Positions 1 through 9,445 of a stretch of DNA of 64,000 nucleotides are shown in pieces (the stretch's first letter is position 1; each line of letters begins with the position of its first letter). The DNA is taken from contig JARYMJ010000005.1 in assembly GCA_029907135.1 (NCBI GenBank), positions 446-64,445 on the forward strand, written 5' to 3'. The notes under the pieces are model-generated. The model was not told where the DNA came from. It did not search any database and saw only the letters and a list, made by a program, of their open reading frames with translations. Made by a program: the position numbers and the translations under genes. The DNA comes from Candidatus Saccharicenans sp. Lineage in GTDB: Bacteria > Acidobacteriota > Aminicenantia > Aminicenantales > Saccharicenantaceae.

Positions 1-932
1 TTGGAACTGGTGGCGCTTTCATTGACCGGAGAATAGGCTTTTTTCCAGTTAAAAGGTTGACCGCGGCTCGGGTCATATAGCCCGTTTTCTATGGCGAAGG
101 AAACGACATGGGCCGAGGCCATGAAATAATCAGGGTTGTTTAGGTCAATCTCGCCGATTCTGGATTCGTTGGGGCAGACACTGACGTGGTCATCCGGTAC
201 CCTCTGGGCGCACCAAACTGCGCCCGGGCGTCCGCTCTGGGGAGTCCAGAGCGGGCCAACTGGCATGATTTCAAAAATCCAGACTTCCTTGGGGTCAGCC
301 ACCGCCAGCATCTCTCCATTGTCATGAAAACCGTAGCCGTATTTCTCGGCCAGCTCGCCCATGATCTTGATGGCTTCCCGGGCGGTGCTGGCTCGTTCCA
401 TGGCGATGATGGTCAGCATGGTGATGTCAAAAGCCGGGGTCGGAGTAGGGTTGTCCAGCTTGCGGACGTTGCCGATGGTTGATTCTCCGATGGCCACCTG
501 CTTCTCGTTGATGTAGCCGAACATCCCGTGATGGTAGGCATAGGTATAGGGAACTTCGGGAATTTCCAGGCCGGTAAAATCTTTCTTGTACAGGTCCCAT
601 TTCAGACCCTCGCTCGGAGGCCAGGTCTTAAACTGAGAGATGTGATAGATTTTTCTCATCTCTCCCGCTTTGTGCCGGGCGCCAGGTACGTGGCGCCAGG
701 TCCAGTCGCACAGGCCACAATCGCAGGTATGGGTGGTCATGGTCGAGCCATCGGTCGAAGCCAGCCGGCCGACCAGGATTGAGGTGCAGTTGTCATCCGG
801 CCGGACTACTTCCAGCCAGGGGTCGGTTTTCTCTGCCCGGCCGCTGAAGTAGAAAAGGCTCAGGACGGCCAGCAGGACTACCAACGCCGAAAGATACCAG
901 CCTAGATTCCTGGCGGTTGGTCGCTTTCTCAT
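1..932 (-). CDS. Family C69 (Ntn-type) dipeptidase, paralog A; C-terminal part lies beyond the left window edge
   Basis: Absent from the ORF track because no stop codon lies inside the window. Manual reverse translation from ATG 932..930 gives MRKRPTARNLGWYLSALVVLLAVLSLFYFSGRAEKTDPWLEVVRPDDNCTSILVGRLASTDGSTMTTHTCDCGLCDW... This is collinear with, and visibly similar at DNA and protein level to, the complete gene at 966..2666. It has a membrane/signal anchor followed by the Cys nucleophile context NCTSILVG. Confidence 0.8.
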   Translation of the reverse strand, partial: MRKRPTARNLGWYLSALVVLLAVLSLFYFSGRAEKTDPWLEVVRPDDNCTSILVGRLASTDGSTMTTHTCDCGLCDWTWRHVPGARHKAGEMRKIYHISQFKTWPPSEGLKWDLYKKDFTGLEIPEVPYTYAYHHGMFGYINEKQVAIGESTIGNVRKLDNPTPTPAFDITMLTIIAMERASTAREAIKIMGELAEKYGYGFHDNGEMLAVADPKEVWIFEIMPVGPLWTPQSGRPGAVWCAQRVPDDHVSVCPNESRIGEIDLNNPDYFMASAHVVSFAIENGLYDPSRGQPFNWKKAYSPVNESATSS

Positions 933-965
933 GTTAACCTCCATTCAATTTGCCTTCCACCTGAT

Positions 966-2666
966 TCATTCAAAAATGATGTCTATCAGGCGAACGGCTT
1001 TTTTCCAGGTCTCGGGGAAATCCATTTTCCGCCGCTCGAGGCTGCGGCGCTCGCTGTTATAATAATTTAAATGATTGAACTTCACCAAGAGTTCGTCGCC
1101 CAGCTGCCACCAGGCCCTGACCACGTTCTCGGCATTGTTAAGCGAGAAAGCTGTCAGGAAATCCAAAGCTCGGGCCGGATTTTTCCGGTATAACTCCAGG
1201 GCCTGGCGGTCAATGTCCTGAATTTGGTTCAGGGCTCCATCTTCCCATTTTTCCCGGGCTTTCTTGACCTCTTCTATGGCCACAGAGTAGGCCACCTGGG
1301 TGTGGAAGTCAACATAATCAAAAGCCCAGCGGGCTGACTGGCGATTGAAGACCCAGTGATCGCCGATAATGAAGGAAGCTGGCAGGGCTTTGACCCCGGC
1401 ATAAAGTGGCAGGTAACAGGAAGTGTCCTGGGCTCCCCAGGCCAGCCAGACAATCCCGCCTATGGGTGCTGGCAACCAGCCCCGGCACTGGGTGATGGTG
1501 GTGTATTCCGCCTGGCGCACGCTGATCAGGCGGGCTGTGCTATCATAATTTGGATTCCGGTAGGGGCCACCCCTTAGGCCGCGGGTGGGATCGAAAAAGG
1601 TCCCGTAACCCTTATCCCGGGTCAGTTCCATCACGTCTTTGACTGATAAGGGTTTATCAGGTTTGACCGAGAAGGGGAAATCCATATTGGGCAGGGAAGG
1701 AGAAAATCTGGCTGAAGGCGCCACCAGGTCAAAAAAACGCCACATCCGGGCCCGGCGTGGTTGGTCCTTGGCGTTGCCTTCGGCCGGGCTGTAGGCCTTT
1801 TTCCAGCTGAAGGGCTGTCCGCTCTTTGGGTCCCAGTAGCCATTTTCCACGGCGTAGGAAATAACATTCTCTGAAGCCATAAAATAGTCAGGATTTTTGA
1901 GGTCGATTTCCCCGATGCGGGATTCGTTGGGGCAGACGCTGACCTGGTCATCGGGCACCCTCTGAGCGCACCAGACTGCACCAGGCTTTCCACTGTCCGG
2001 TGTCCAAAGCGGCCCGACCGGCATGATTTCAAACACCCAGACTTCTTCCGGGTCGGCCACGGCCAGCATTTCCCCTCCATCCTCGCCCCCGTAGCCGTAT
2101 TTTTCAGCCAAACTGCCCATCAGTTTTATCGCTTCTCGGGCAGTGCGGCACCTTTCCATGGCCAGCAGGGTTAGCATGGTGATGTTGAAGACCGGTGTCT
2201 GGGTGGGATTGGACATTTTGGGACGGTTGCCTATGGTCGATTCTCCGATGGCCAGTTGTTGGTTATTCAGGTAACCAAAAACTCCGTGGAGGTAGCCATA
2301 GGTGTGAGGAACTTCGGGAATTTCCACCCCGGTAAAATCTTTTTTAATCAGGTCCCATTTTAAGCCTTCAGAGGGCGGCCAGGTCCGGGTCTGGGAAATG
2401 CGGTAAATCTTCCGGCCGGTGCCGGGACGATGGTCGGCTGGCGGGACATAGCGCCAGGTCCAGTCGCACAGCCCGCAGTCGGCGGTATGGGTGGTCATGG
2501 TCGAGCCGTCGACCGAGGCCTTCTTGCCAACCATGATGACCGTGCAGTTTTCCCCGCTGATAACCCTGTCTTCCCGGGCTGGCCCAGCCGGCTGGCTTGA
2601 GACCAACAGCAACCTGCTACCTACCAGAATGATTCCCAGGACTGATAACAGCCAGGCTTTTTTCAT
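966..2666 (-). CDS. Family C69 dipeptidase, paralog B (secreted)
   Basis: 566-aa ORF with signal peptide MKKAWLLSVLGIILVGS. The nucleophile context ENCTVIMVGKKASVDGSTMTTHTADC and the overall length are typical of C69 dipeptidases. GGAG lies upstream of the ATG. It sits 33 nt upstream of paralog A on the same strand. Confidence 0.8.
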   Translation of the reverse strand: MKKAWLLSVLGIILVGSRLLLVSSQPAGPAREDRVISGENCTVIMVGKKASVDGSTMTTHTADCGLCDWTWRYVPPADHRPGTGRKIYRISQTRTWPPSEGLKWDLIKKDFTGVEIPEVPHTYGYLHGVFGYLNNQQLAIGESTIGNRPKMSNPTQTPVFNITMLTLLAMERCRTAREAIKLMGSLAEKYGYGGEDGGEMLAVADPEEVWVFEIMPVGPLWTPDSGKPGAVWCAQRVPDDQVSVCPNESRIGEIDLKNPDYFMASENVISYAVENGYWDPKSGQPFSWKKAYSPAEGNAKDQPRRARMWRFFDLVAPSARFSPSLPNMDFPFSVKPDKPLSVKDVMELTRDKGYGTFFDPTRGLRGGPYRNPNYDSTARLISVRQAEYTTITQCRGWLPAPIGGIVWLAWGAQDTSCYLPLYAGVKALPASFIIGDHWVFNRQSARWAFDYVDFHTQVAYSVAIEEVKKAREKWEDGALNQIQDIDRQALELYRKNPARALDFLTAFSLNNAENVVRAWWQLGDELLVKFNHLNYYNSERRSLERRKMDFPETWKKAVRLIDIIFE

Positions 2667-2753
2667 TTTATTTTTTCTCCATCAGATATAATCACCCTTC
2701 ATCTAAGGACCTGAGCCCTGATAAGGCCCGTAAGTAATGAGCCTTTTGGCCAG

Positions 2754-3920
2754 TCAAAGTTTTACCACCCGGTCTTTCTCGGCTTCGGCTGGATTATGAA
2801 AATAGGCCCCAGTTCCGTTTTTGATCAGGTCCGAATACCGCGGGACCTGCCTGAGATTGATGGCCCGGTCGGGGTTTTTTCTGGAATATTGCCTGATGAT
2901 CTCCAGGGTCACCGATAGGTGCTGCCCGACTCTCCTGTCCAGAGGCCAACCTGATTCATCATAGGGCACGAACAGCTTTTTCTTCCGAGACAGGCTGAGC
3001 AGGAACTCGTCGCGCCCGGTTAAAAACAGTTGCTCGGTCTTGGCCCCGGTCGGCTGGTCAAGAAAGGGAATGGGAGCCTCCAGCAGGAAGGGCAAGGTCT
3101 CAGAATAATCCCCGATTTCTCGGTGGGACAGTCCGCGGAACTTTTCCGGCGACGATTCCAGGTGGTTTTCAAAGCCTTCCATGGATTTGACGGTCAGCGA
3201 GGCCAGGGTGGCTATTCTCATAGATTTTTCCGGGGCCACGATACAATTGGTAACCGGAAACATGGTTTCAGCTCCATGCAGGTCGATGGCCAGGTCCACC
3301 CGGTTGCCGCGCAAAAGTTCCATGGCCGCAAAGGTTACCTGTTCCATAGGCAAACCATTTTTCCGTCCAGGCCAGGTGCGGTTGGTATTTCTGATATCCA
3401 GATAGGACAGCATCTGTCTTTCCGGATAGTGGATGTAGACATCGGGGTCCGGCCACTGGTCCAGGGGCGAAGCGTCGCGATTTCCCAGTCTGAATTTCTT
3501 CTTTCCCCAGGGTGTGGTCACGGAAAAATAGAGCGGATAACCTTCTCCCGGTCTGGTATTAAGGCTGGCGCTACGGTTGAAACAAGGAATGAGATAGAGC
3601 GTTCCCTTTTCCACCACCGCATTCTCAATCATGATGGCCACAGCCAGCAGGCCTTCTGGTTCGTTGGCGTGGGTGTTACCCATGATTAAGGCCTGTCCAC
3701 CCGGTTCGGCCCCGGACAGGACAAAAACCGGGGTGTCGGCCGCGGTGCCTTTAAGCGGTGGGAAAAAATCGCTCAGCCATTTGATTTCTGTCACTCCCGG
3801 GCCACAAACGATTTCCACCGGGAAATGGCGGTGTTTGAGCAGGGGAAGGCCCCCAGCAGCCAGCAGGCTAAAAAAAATCAGGCTGGTCAGGAGTTTGAAG
3901 CCGGTGCCTGGTGGTTTCAT
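2754..3920 (-). CDS. M14-like zinc hydrolase of the succinylglutamate desuccinylase/aspartoacylase (AstE/AspA) type, membrane anchored
   Basis: N-terminal hydrophobic anchor LLTSLIFFSLLAAGGLPLL. GNTHANEPEG provides an HxxE zinc motif and a later AIDLHGAE provides the second His ligand. ATG 3920 (AAGGTG RBS 5 nt upstream) is preferred over the track's GTG 3926. Confidence 0.6.
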   Translation of the reverse strand: MKPPGTGFKLLTSLIFFSLLAAGGLPLLKHRHFPVEIVCGPGVTEIKWLSDFFPPLKGTAADTPVFVLSGAEPGGQALIMGNTHANEPEGLLAVAIMIENAVVEKGTLYLIPCFNRSASLNTRPGEGYPLYFSVTTPWGKKKFRLGNRDASPLDQWPDPDVYIHYPERQMLSYLDIRNTNRTWPGRKNGLPMEQVTFAAMELLRGNRVDLAIDLHGAETMFPVTNCIVAPEKSMRIATLASLTVKSMEGFENHLESSPEKFRGLSHREIGDYSETLPFLLEAPIPFLDQPTGAKTEQLFLTGRDEFLLSLSRKKKLFVPYDESGWPLDRRVGQHLSVTLEIIRQYSRKNPDRAINLRQVPRYSDLIKNGTGAYFHNPAEAEKDRVVKL

Positions 3921-3935
3921 GGTCACACCTTCATT

Positions 3936-4097
3936 TTATTTAATTCTTAATAAACGCAGGATAAAGGGAATCAGGGTCACCAGATAGAGGATGACTCGGT
4001 CCCGGCTATTTTTTTCTTGGATAAGGTTTTTGGCGGTTATAAAAACGAAAAAGGCACTGAGCAGATAGTAGATTATCATTATTATCTTGGCCATCAT
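3936..4097 (-). CDS. Small hydrophobic protein (53 aa), unannotated by the ORF track
   Basis: Manual translation gives MMAKIIMIIYYLLSAFFVFITAKNLIQEKNSRDRVILYLVTLIPFILRLLRIK, which is two predicted TM helices. It fills the gap between the permease (stop 4138) and the M14-like gene (start 3920) on the same strand. There is no homology evidence. Confidence 0.4.
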   Translation of the reverse strand: MMAKIIMIIYYLLSAFFVFITAKNLIQEKNSRDRVILYLVTLIPFILRLLRIK

Positions 4098-4137
4098 CTT
4101 ATCCCGTCCTCAAGCTGATGATATAAATATTTATTCA

Positions 4138-5442
4138 TCATCCGATCACCAAGAATCTCAGTTTGGCGCTAAAAATTATCATCAGCAGGCCGGCTGCGGT
4201 AATTACCAGCCAGGGAATCCAGGTTCGCTTCAGGAAATCCCAGTACCGACCTTCATACCCGGCAACCATCAGGCTCAAGCGGCCAATGAGAGCGGTGGGT
4301 GGCAGTCCATCGCCCAGCGGCCAGAGTAAGCTCAACCCGGAGATAACGATGGTGGCATGGTAGCCCAGAGAATTTAAGTACCAGACCAGCGGGATACCAA
4401 TGATGGCCGCTCCGCCGTAAGTCAAGACACCTTCGGAGACAGGGATGATAAGTGGCAGGAGGCAAAATAACAGTCCCAGAGGAATGATTAGAACTGAATA
4501 AGAAATGAGACCCTTGACCCCGCTGGCGGCCAGAACCTGCTGCAGCAGGCCCACGATGACCATTATGGCCAGCAACGGCAGTAATTTGGTCACGGTGTCC
4601 GAGGCCACCCTGATTAAATTGAGTCGGACCGGGCTCAAAGCCAGAGCCACTAGGGAAGCCAGCAGGAATTCCAGTGGCAACCCCAGAATGGGAAAGGAAA
4701 AAGGTAGCAGGCGGTAAGCCAGCACCAGGCCGAAGAAAACCACAAAAGGCAGCAGCAGGCGGAACCAGTTCATTTTCGGATGGCAGTCTATTTTTTCCAG
4801 GAAGGCCTCAAGCTGACCAGCTGTCCCTCGGCGACCGCCAAGGATGATGATGGTCAGGGTTCCCAGGATGATGACCGGCAGACCGAGGGGAAGCTCAAAA
4901 CCGACATAGGGAATGGCCGTCCCGGCACACAGAACCATGGCCCAGATATTAACCGGTGGGGCGGCTGCGGCCAGCCCGGCCAGAATGAAAAGAATGGCCG
5001 GGATTCTGTTTTCCTGGACTCCGAGTCCTTTAAGAGCCAGGGCCACGGGGGCCCCCACCACCAGCAGAGAAACGCTGCCAGCCCCGGTCAGGGCACCCGG
5101 CACCAGGACTATAATCATCAGCAGAAACAGGGCCAGGAACCTGGTCCGGGAAAAGCGGCTGACGGCCGAACGCACGGCAAAATTAACCCCGCCCGATTCC
5201 TGGATAATAGTGATGAAAAGAGTGGCCGTGAAGAACACCAGGATGACGTCCAGGTAGGTAAACGAACCCTCCACCAGGTGCCGGGGTATGTCCTTAAGGG
5301 GCGGAGTCTGGAAAAAAGAACCGGCGATAGCCCCCGCCACTGTAGCCAGCAGCAGGCTCAACTCAACTGAAAGTTTTCTCCACTTGGCCAGGCCGTAAAC
5401 TAAGATTATCAGTCCTGAGATGAATAAGGTCTGGGTCAACAT
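4138..5442 (-). CDS. Polytopic permease, ion-transporter superfamily (TRAP DctM-like large permease fold)
   Basis: 434 aa, hydrophobic throughout with 12 or more TM segments. The stretch LVPGALTGAGSVSLLVVGAPV resembles the GS-rich hairpin motif of DctM/IT-superfamily carriers. No cognate periplasmic binding protein is seen nearby. Confidence 0.45.
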   Translation of the reverse strand: MLTQTLFISGLIILVYGLAKWRKLSVELSLLLATVAGAIAGSFFQTPPLKDIPRHLVEGSFTYLDVILVFFTATLFITIIQESGGVNFAVRSAVSRFSRTRFLALFLLMIIVLVPGALTGAGSVSLLVVGAPVALALKGLGVQENRIPAILFILAGLAAAAPPVNIWAMVLCAGTAIPYVGFELPLGLPVIILGTLTIIILGGRRGTAGQLEAFLEKIDCHPKMNWFRLLLPFVVFFGLVLAYRLLPFSFPILGLPLEFLLASLVALALSPVRLNLIRVASDTVTKLLPLLAIMVIVGLLQQVLAASGVKGLISYSVLIIPLGLLFCLLPLIIPVSEGVLTYGGAAIIGIPLVWYLNSLGYHATIVISGLSLLWPLGDGLPPTALIGRLSLMVAGYEGRYWDFLKRTWIPWLVITAAGLLMIIFSAKLRFLVIG

Positions 5443-5491
5443 GATAAAAAATCTTACTCAATAGCCGGGTACAAAGCAAACCATTTCTGGC

Positions 5492-6247
5492 TTAGAAGAT
5501 CAATTCATACTGAAGACCATGCTTTTCTAGCTCGGCCACCAGGGCCTGCCGGGTCTGCTGGAAGAAGGCCTCGCGGGTATATGCTTCCAGCCGGTGCCTG
5601 CGGTAAAAATCAAGGAACTGATGGCCATAATTGAGCCTGTCGATAAAAACCTTGTCCACCAGGCCGCGGAGGCAGCTGGCCAGCCGGACCGGATCCTGAG
5701 GCAGAAGCGGCCCGACAAAAGCAAAGTTTCTCAGGTTATATTTTTTTAGGGTTTCCAGGGCCCGTAATCTCCGGCTGATGGAAGGGGCACCCGGTTCAAA
5801 CAGGGCTGCTGTCCGGTCATCATCGGTGGCCAGCGAAAAGCCCACCTCCAGGCTGGCCAGGTCTTTAAGAATATCAAGGTCCCGAACCACCAGGTCGGAT
5901 TTGGTCTGAATGAAAACGGGGAAGTCATAAAGCCTGAGTTCCAGCAGACATTTCCTGGTCAGCTGGTAATGCTTTTCCACCGGCTGATAGGGGTCGCAAA
6001 CCGAGGCTATCCAAACCGTTCCTTTCCTGGCCCGGGGGAGTTGTTTACGCAACAGCTCAGGGGCGTTCAGCTTGACATCGACAAACTGGCCCCAGGGTTC
6101 AGAATGGCCCGAATATCTTCTCATGAACAGGCCGGCGTAGCAGTAGCGGCAGGCATGGCTGCAGCCGGTATAGGGATTCAGGCAATAATCAAAAATTTTG
6201 GAGCGATTGAGGATGCCTTTGGCCTGGACCTCGGTAATTTTTAGCAC
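5492..6247 (-). CDS. Radical SAM protein, SPL/DNA-photolyase-like (COG1533-type)
   Basis: CSHACRYCY is a CxxxCxxC radical-SAM cluster motif near the N-terminus. The 251-aa size and the N-terminus ...AKGILNRSKI... are typical of this subgroup. The start codon is GTG. Confidence 0.7.
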   Translation of the reverse strand: MLKITEVQAKGILNRSKIFDYCLNPYTGCSHACRYCYAGLFMRRYSGHSEPWGQFVDVKLNAPELLRKQLPRARKGTVWIASVCDPYQPVEKHYQLTRKCLLELRLYDFPVFIQTKSDLVVRDLDILKDLASLEVGFSLATDDDRTAALFEPGAPSISRRLRALETLKKYNLRNFAFVGPLLPQDPVRLASCLRGLVDKVFIDRLNYGHQFLDFYRRHRLEAYTREAFFQQTRQALVAELEKHGLQYELIF

Positions 6248-6376
6248 AGTTTATTTTTACCATATTTTCTGGCCTAATGGCAGTCTCCTGAACCCCGCTT
6301 AATAAATGAATCTTTTTTTTTAAAATTTGGTTTATAATATAGGTGAAACAAAAGGTTTGAGATCAAGGAGGAGACG

Positions 6377-9300
6377 ATGCGTTTTTTTAAGCATAAACTG
6401 AATATTGCTACAGCCGTTCTACTCGGGCTTTTTCTCCTGGCTACGGCCGGGCCGCTCCAGGCCCAGTATTTTGGTCGCAACAAGGTTCAGTACAAGAAGT
6501 TTGATTTCAAAATAATGAAGACCAAGCATTTCGATGTCTATTACTACCAGGAACAGGAAGAGGTGGTAAAACAGGCGGCCATGATGGCCGAACGCTGGCA
6601 CTCCCGCCTGAGCCGGATTTTCAATCATGAACTTAAAGGCCGGCAGCCTCTTATCATTTATTCCAGCAGCCCCGAATTCCAGCAGACCACCGTTATCCCC
6701 GAGGCCATGGGCGAGGGGACGGGAGGCGTGACTGAATCCTTCAAGAGGAGAATTGTTCTGCCCTATGGGGTGTCTCTGGCCGAGACCGACCATGTGATCG
6801 GGCACGAGCTGGTCCATGCTTTTCAGTATGACATTGCCGGACAGGGTCATTCTGACCAGGCCAGGTACACCGGGGCCGAACTGAGGGTACCCCTGTTTCT
6901 GATAGAAGGCCTGGCCGAGTACCTGTCGATTGGTCCGGTCGACCCAGAAACATCCATGTGGATGAGAGATACCTGGAAGCGCAAGGACCTGCCCCAGATC
7001 AAGAAGCTGGAAAATTATTACAAGTATTTCCCTTATCGTTATGGCCACGCTGTCTGGGCCTACATCGGCGGCCGCTGGGGCGATGAAATGATCGGCAAGA
7101 TCTTCAAGATGCTGGCCAGGAGCGGCGATTATGAAGCGGTGTTGCAGGGCGTGCTGGGAGTTCCCCTGAAGAAACTGTCAGAAGACTGGCACAAGTCTAT
7201 GGAAGAGGCTTATAAAGTCCTGGTGCCTATAACCGACACGGCTGATAAGTACGGCCGGCTGTTGCTCAAGGGAACCGAGGACAATCCTTACAATGTGTCA
7301 CCGGTACTCAGCCCTGATGGACAGAATATGATTTTCTTCTCTTCCCGAGCTCTTTTTTCTATTGACCTCTACTTGGCCGACCCGGCGTCGGGGAAGATTA
7401 AGAAGAAGTTAACCTCAACCTCCATAGATCCCCATTTTGAAAGCATCCAGTTCATCAGGTCAGCCGGAGCCTGGGCTCCCGACAACCAGCGGATCGTTCT
7501 GGGAACGGTCAGCAAGGGGCGGCCACAGCTGACTATAATGAATGCCCTGAACGGCCAGATAGAAAAAGAAATCCCCTTTCCTGAACTGGGAGAAATACTC
7601 AACCCCAGCTGGTCGCCCAACGGGAAGGAGATTGCTTTTGCCGCCTTGGTCGGCGGAGTGACTGACATCTTCATCTACAATCTGGAAGATAATACTCTGA
7701 AGCAGATGACCAGGGACAGCTTTGGTGACCTGCACCCGGTCTGGTCTCCAGACGGCAATCGAATTGCCTTTGTCACGGAAAGATTCAGTGCTAACCTGCA
7801 GTGGCTGGATTCAGGAAATTATGAGTTAGCCCTGCTGGATGTGACCAGCGGTGAGATCAGCCGGGTCCTGGGTTTTCCTTCGGGCAAGAATATCAACCCC
7901 CAGTGGTCTGAAGATGGTCAGAATATCTTCTTTCTGTCGGATTACAGCGGGAAACCAGACCTGTATCGTCTCGATTTGAAGGATGGCCAGATCTACCAGG
8001 TGACCAACTTGTTCACCGGCATCAGTGGCATAACCCACCTCAGCCCGGCCATCTCCTATTCGGCCAGAAGCGGGCGGCTGGCTCTGTCGGTTTACGAGAA
8101 CGGTAATTATTCGATTTATATATTAGAAGGAGCGGACAAGCTGGGCGGGCAGTCCACCCTGGCCCAGCTGGGTGAAAGGCCTTTGGCCCTGTTGCCACCC
8201 CGAACCCAACCCGAGGGGGCCCTGCTTGGATTGCTGCGTAACCCTCTGTATGGTCTGCCCAAAGAAACGGATTTTCCCATTACCAGTTATCACCCGAAGC
8301 TGTCGCTGGATTTTGTCACCCAGCCCACTGTGGCTGTTGGCGTCGATAGATACGGCACCTATGCCGGTGGCGGTATTGCCGCTTTCTGGAGCGACATGCT
8401 CGGTTACCACAATGTGGTGACCATGGCCCAGACCAACTATGAATTGATAGATAGCTATTTACTGGTGGGCTACATGAATTCCAAGAACCGCATCAATTGG
8501 GGAGCGGTGCTGCAGCGGGTGCCTTACATTTACGGTTCCTACAATGCTTATTTCGAGGAGAGGGGAGGCCTCCCGGTTTACGTTCAGGAAGAATACCTTA
8601 ACCGGCAGATTTCTTATCAGGTGGGCAGCTTTGCTTACTATCCGCTAAATACTTTTAGAAGAATTGAATTTTCAGCCGGCTTCAACCTGATCGATTTCAA
8701 TAGCAAATTGTACCAGTACGTTTATGATGCCATTTATTTTCAGCTTATTGATTATTACCAGCTGGACCTGCCAGCTCCTCCCTCCATAAAATACGGCTAT
8801 GCCTCTCTGGCCATGGTTTATGACAGTTCCATTTTCGGTGCCTGTAGCCCGATCATCGGGCAGGCCTACCTGCTGGAAGTCCAGCCCAATTTCGGCAACC
8901 TGAATTTCATCAGCGTTATGGCAGATTACCGGCGCTATTTCATTCCCAAGCGACCGTTCACCCTGGCCTTCCGGGTGCTGCACTATGGTCGTTACGGCAA
9001 GGGTTCAGAGGACCCGAGGCTGTGGCCTCTTTTCCTCGGTTACGAAACCCTGGTCCGGGGCTATGATTACAACAGTTTTATCTATAGCGAATTTGATGAA
9101 ACCAATCCCCGGGCCTTTGACTTTAACCGCTTGCTCGGGACCAGGATGCTGGTGGCCAATTTTGAACTGAGGTTTCCGGTGTTCAGGGTGTTAGGGCTGG
9201 GTAAGGGCTATTATGGAGTCTGGCCCCTGGAGTTCCTGGCCTTTTACGATATCGGCACTGCCTGGTATTCCGGTGAGAAGCCGACCTGGTTCGGCGGCAG

Positions 9301-9442
9301 CAAGAAGCCGGCCTCCAGCGCCGGGATGGGCCTGAGGACTAACCTGTTCGGGGTCCTGGTGCTGGGTTTTGATTATGTCTACCCCTTTGACCGCCCGGTG
9401 AAGGGCTGGCACTGGCAGTTCACCATCACTCCTGGCTTCTGA
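6377..9442 (+). CDS. Large exported fusion protein: MA-clan HExxH peptidase-like domain + TolB/PD40 beta-propeller + C-terminal Omp85 (surface antigen D15)-type beta-barrel
   Basis: Strong RBS AAGGAGG and signal peptide ...LLATAGPLQAQ. VIGHELVHAFQYD carries the HExxH motif (~6800-6840). Repeated PD40 blades are present (SPDGQNMIFFS, SWSPNGKEIAFAA, VWSPDGNRIAFV, QWSEDGQNIFFLS). The C-terminal third has Omp85 hallmarks: ETLVRGYDY, alternating beta-strand pattern, and terminal FTITPGF. Confidence 0.7.
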   Translation: MRFFKHKLNIATAVLLGLFLLATAGPLQAQYFGRNKVQYKKFDFKIMKTKHFDVYYYQEQEEVVKQAAMMAERWHSRLSRIFNHELKGRQPLIIYSSSPEFQQTTVIPEAMGEGTGGVTESFKRRIVLPYGVSLAETDHVIGHELVHAFQYDIAGQGHSDQARYTGAELRVPLFLIEGLAEYLSIGPVDPETSMWMRDTWKRKDLPQIKKLENYYKYFPYRYGHAVWAYIGGRWGDEMIGKIFKMLARSGDYEAVLQGVLGVPLKKLSEDWHKSMEEAYKVLVPITDTADKYGRLLLKGTEDNPYNVSPVLSPDGQNMIFFSSRALFSIDLYLADPASGKIKKKLTSTSIDPHFESIQFIRSAGAWAPDNQRIVLGTVSKGRPQLTIMNALNGQIEKEIPFPELGEILNPSWSPNGKEIAFAALVGGVTDIFIYNLEDNTLKQMTRDSFGDLHPVWSPDGNRIAFVTERFSANLQWLDSGNYELALLDVTSGEISRVLGFPSGKNINPQWSEDGQNIFFLSDYSGKPDLYRLDLKDGQIYQVTNLFTGISGITHLSPAISYSARSGRLALSVYENGNYSIYILEGADKLGGQSTLAQLGERPLALLPPRTQPEGALLGLLRNPLYGLPKETDFPITSYHPKLSLDFVTQPTVAVGVDRYGTYAGGGIAAFWSDMLGYHNVVTMAQTNYELIDSYLLVGYMNSKNRINWGAVLQRVPYIYGSYNAYFEERGGLPVYVQEEYLNRQISYQVGSFAYYPLNTFRRIEFSAGFNLIDFNSKLYQYVYDAIYFQLIDYYQLDLPAPPSIKYGYASLAMVYDSSIFGACSPIIGQAYLLEVQPNFGNLNFISVMADYRRYFIPKRPFTLAFRVLHYGRYGKGSEDPRLWPLFLGYETLVRGYDYNSFIYSEFDETNPRAFDFNRLLGTRMLVANFELRFPVFRVLGLGKGYYGVWPLEFLAFYDIGTAWYSGEKPTWFGGSKKPASSAGMGLRTNLFGVLVLGFDYVYPFDRPVKGWHWQFTITPGF

Positions 9443-9445
9443 GGT

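Noticed and set aside
136-852. Several 60-98-aa plus-strand ORFs at the left end (136..327, 186..482, 528..782, 670..852).
   Set aside because: They lie antisense to the clearly homologous C69 dipeptidase coding frame (1..932, minus strand). They mirror equivalent spurious ORFs opposite the paralog at 966..2666.
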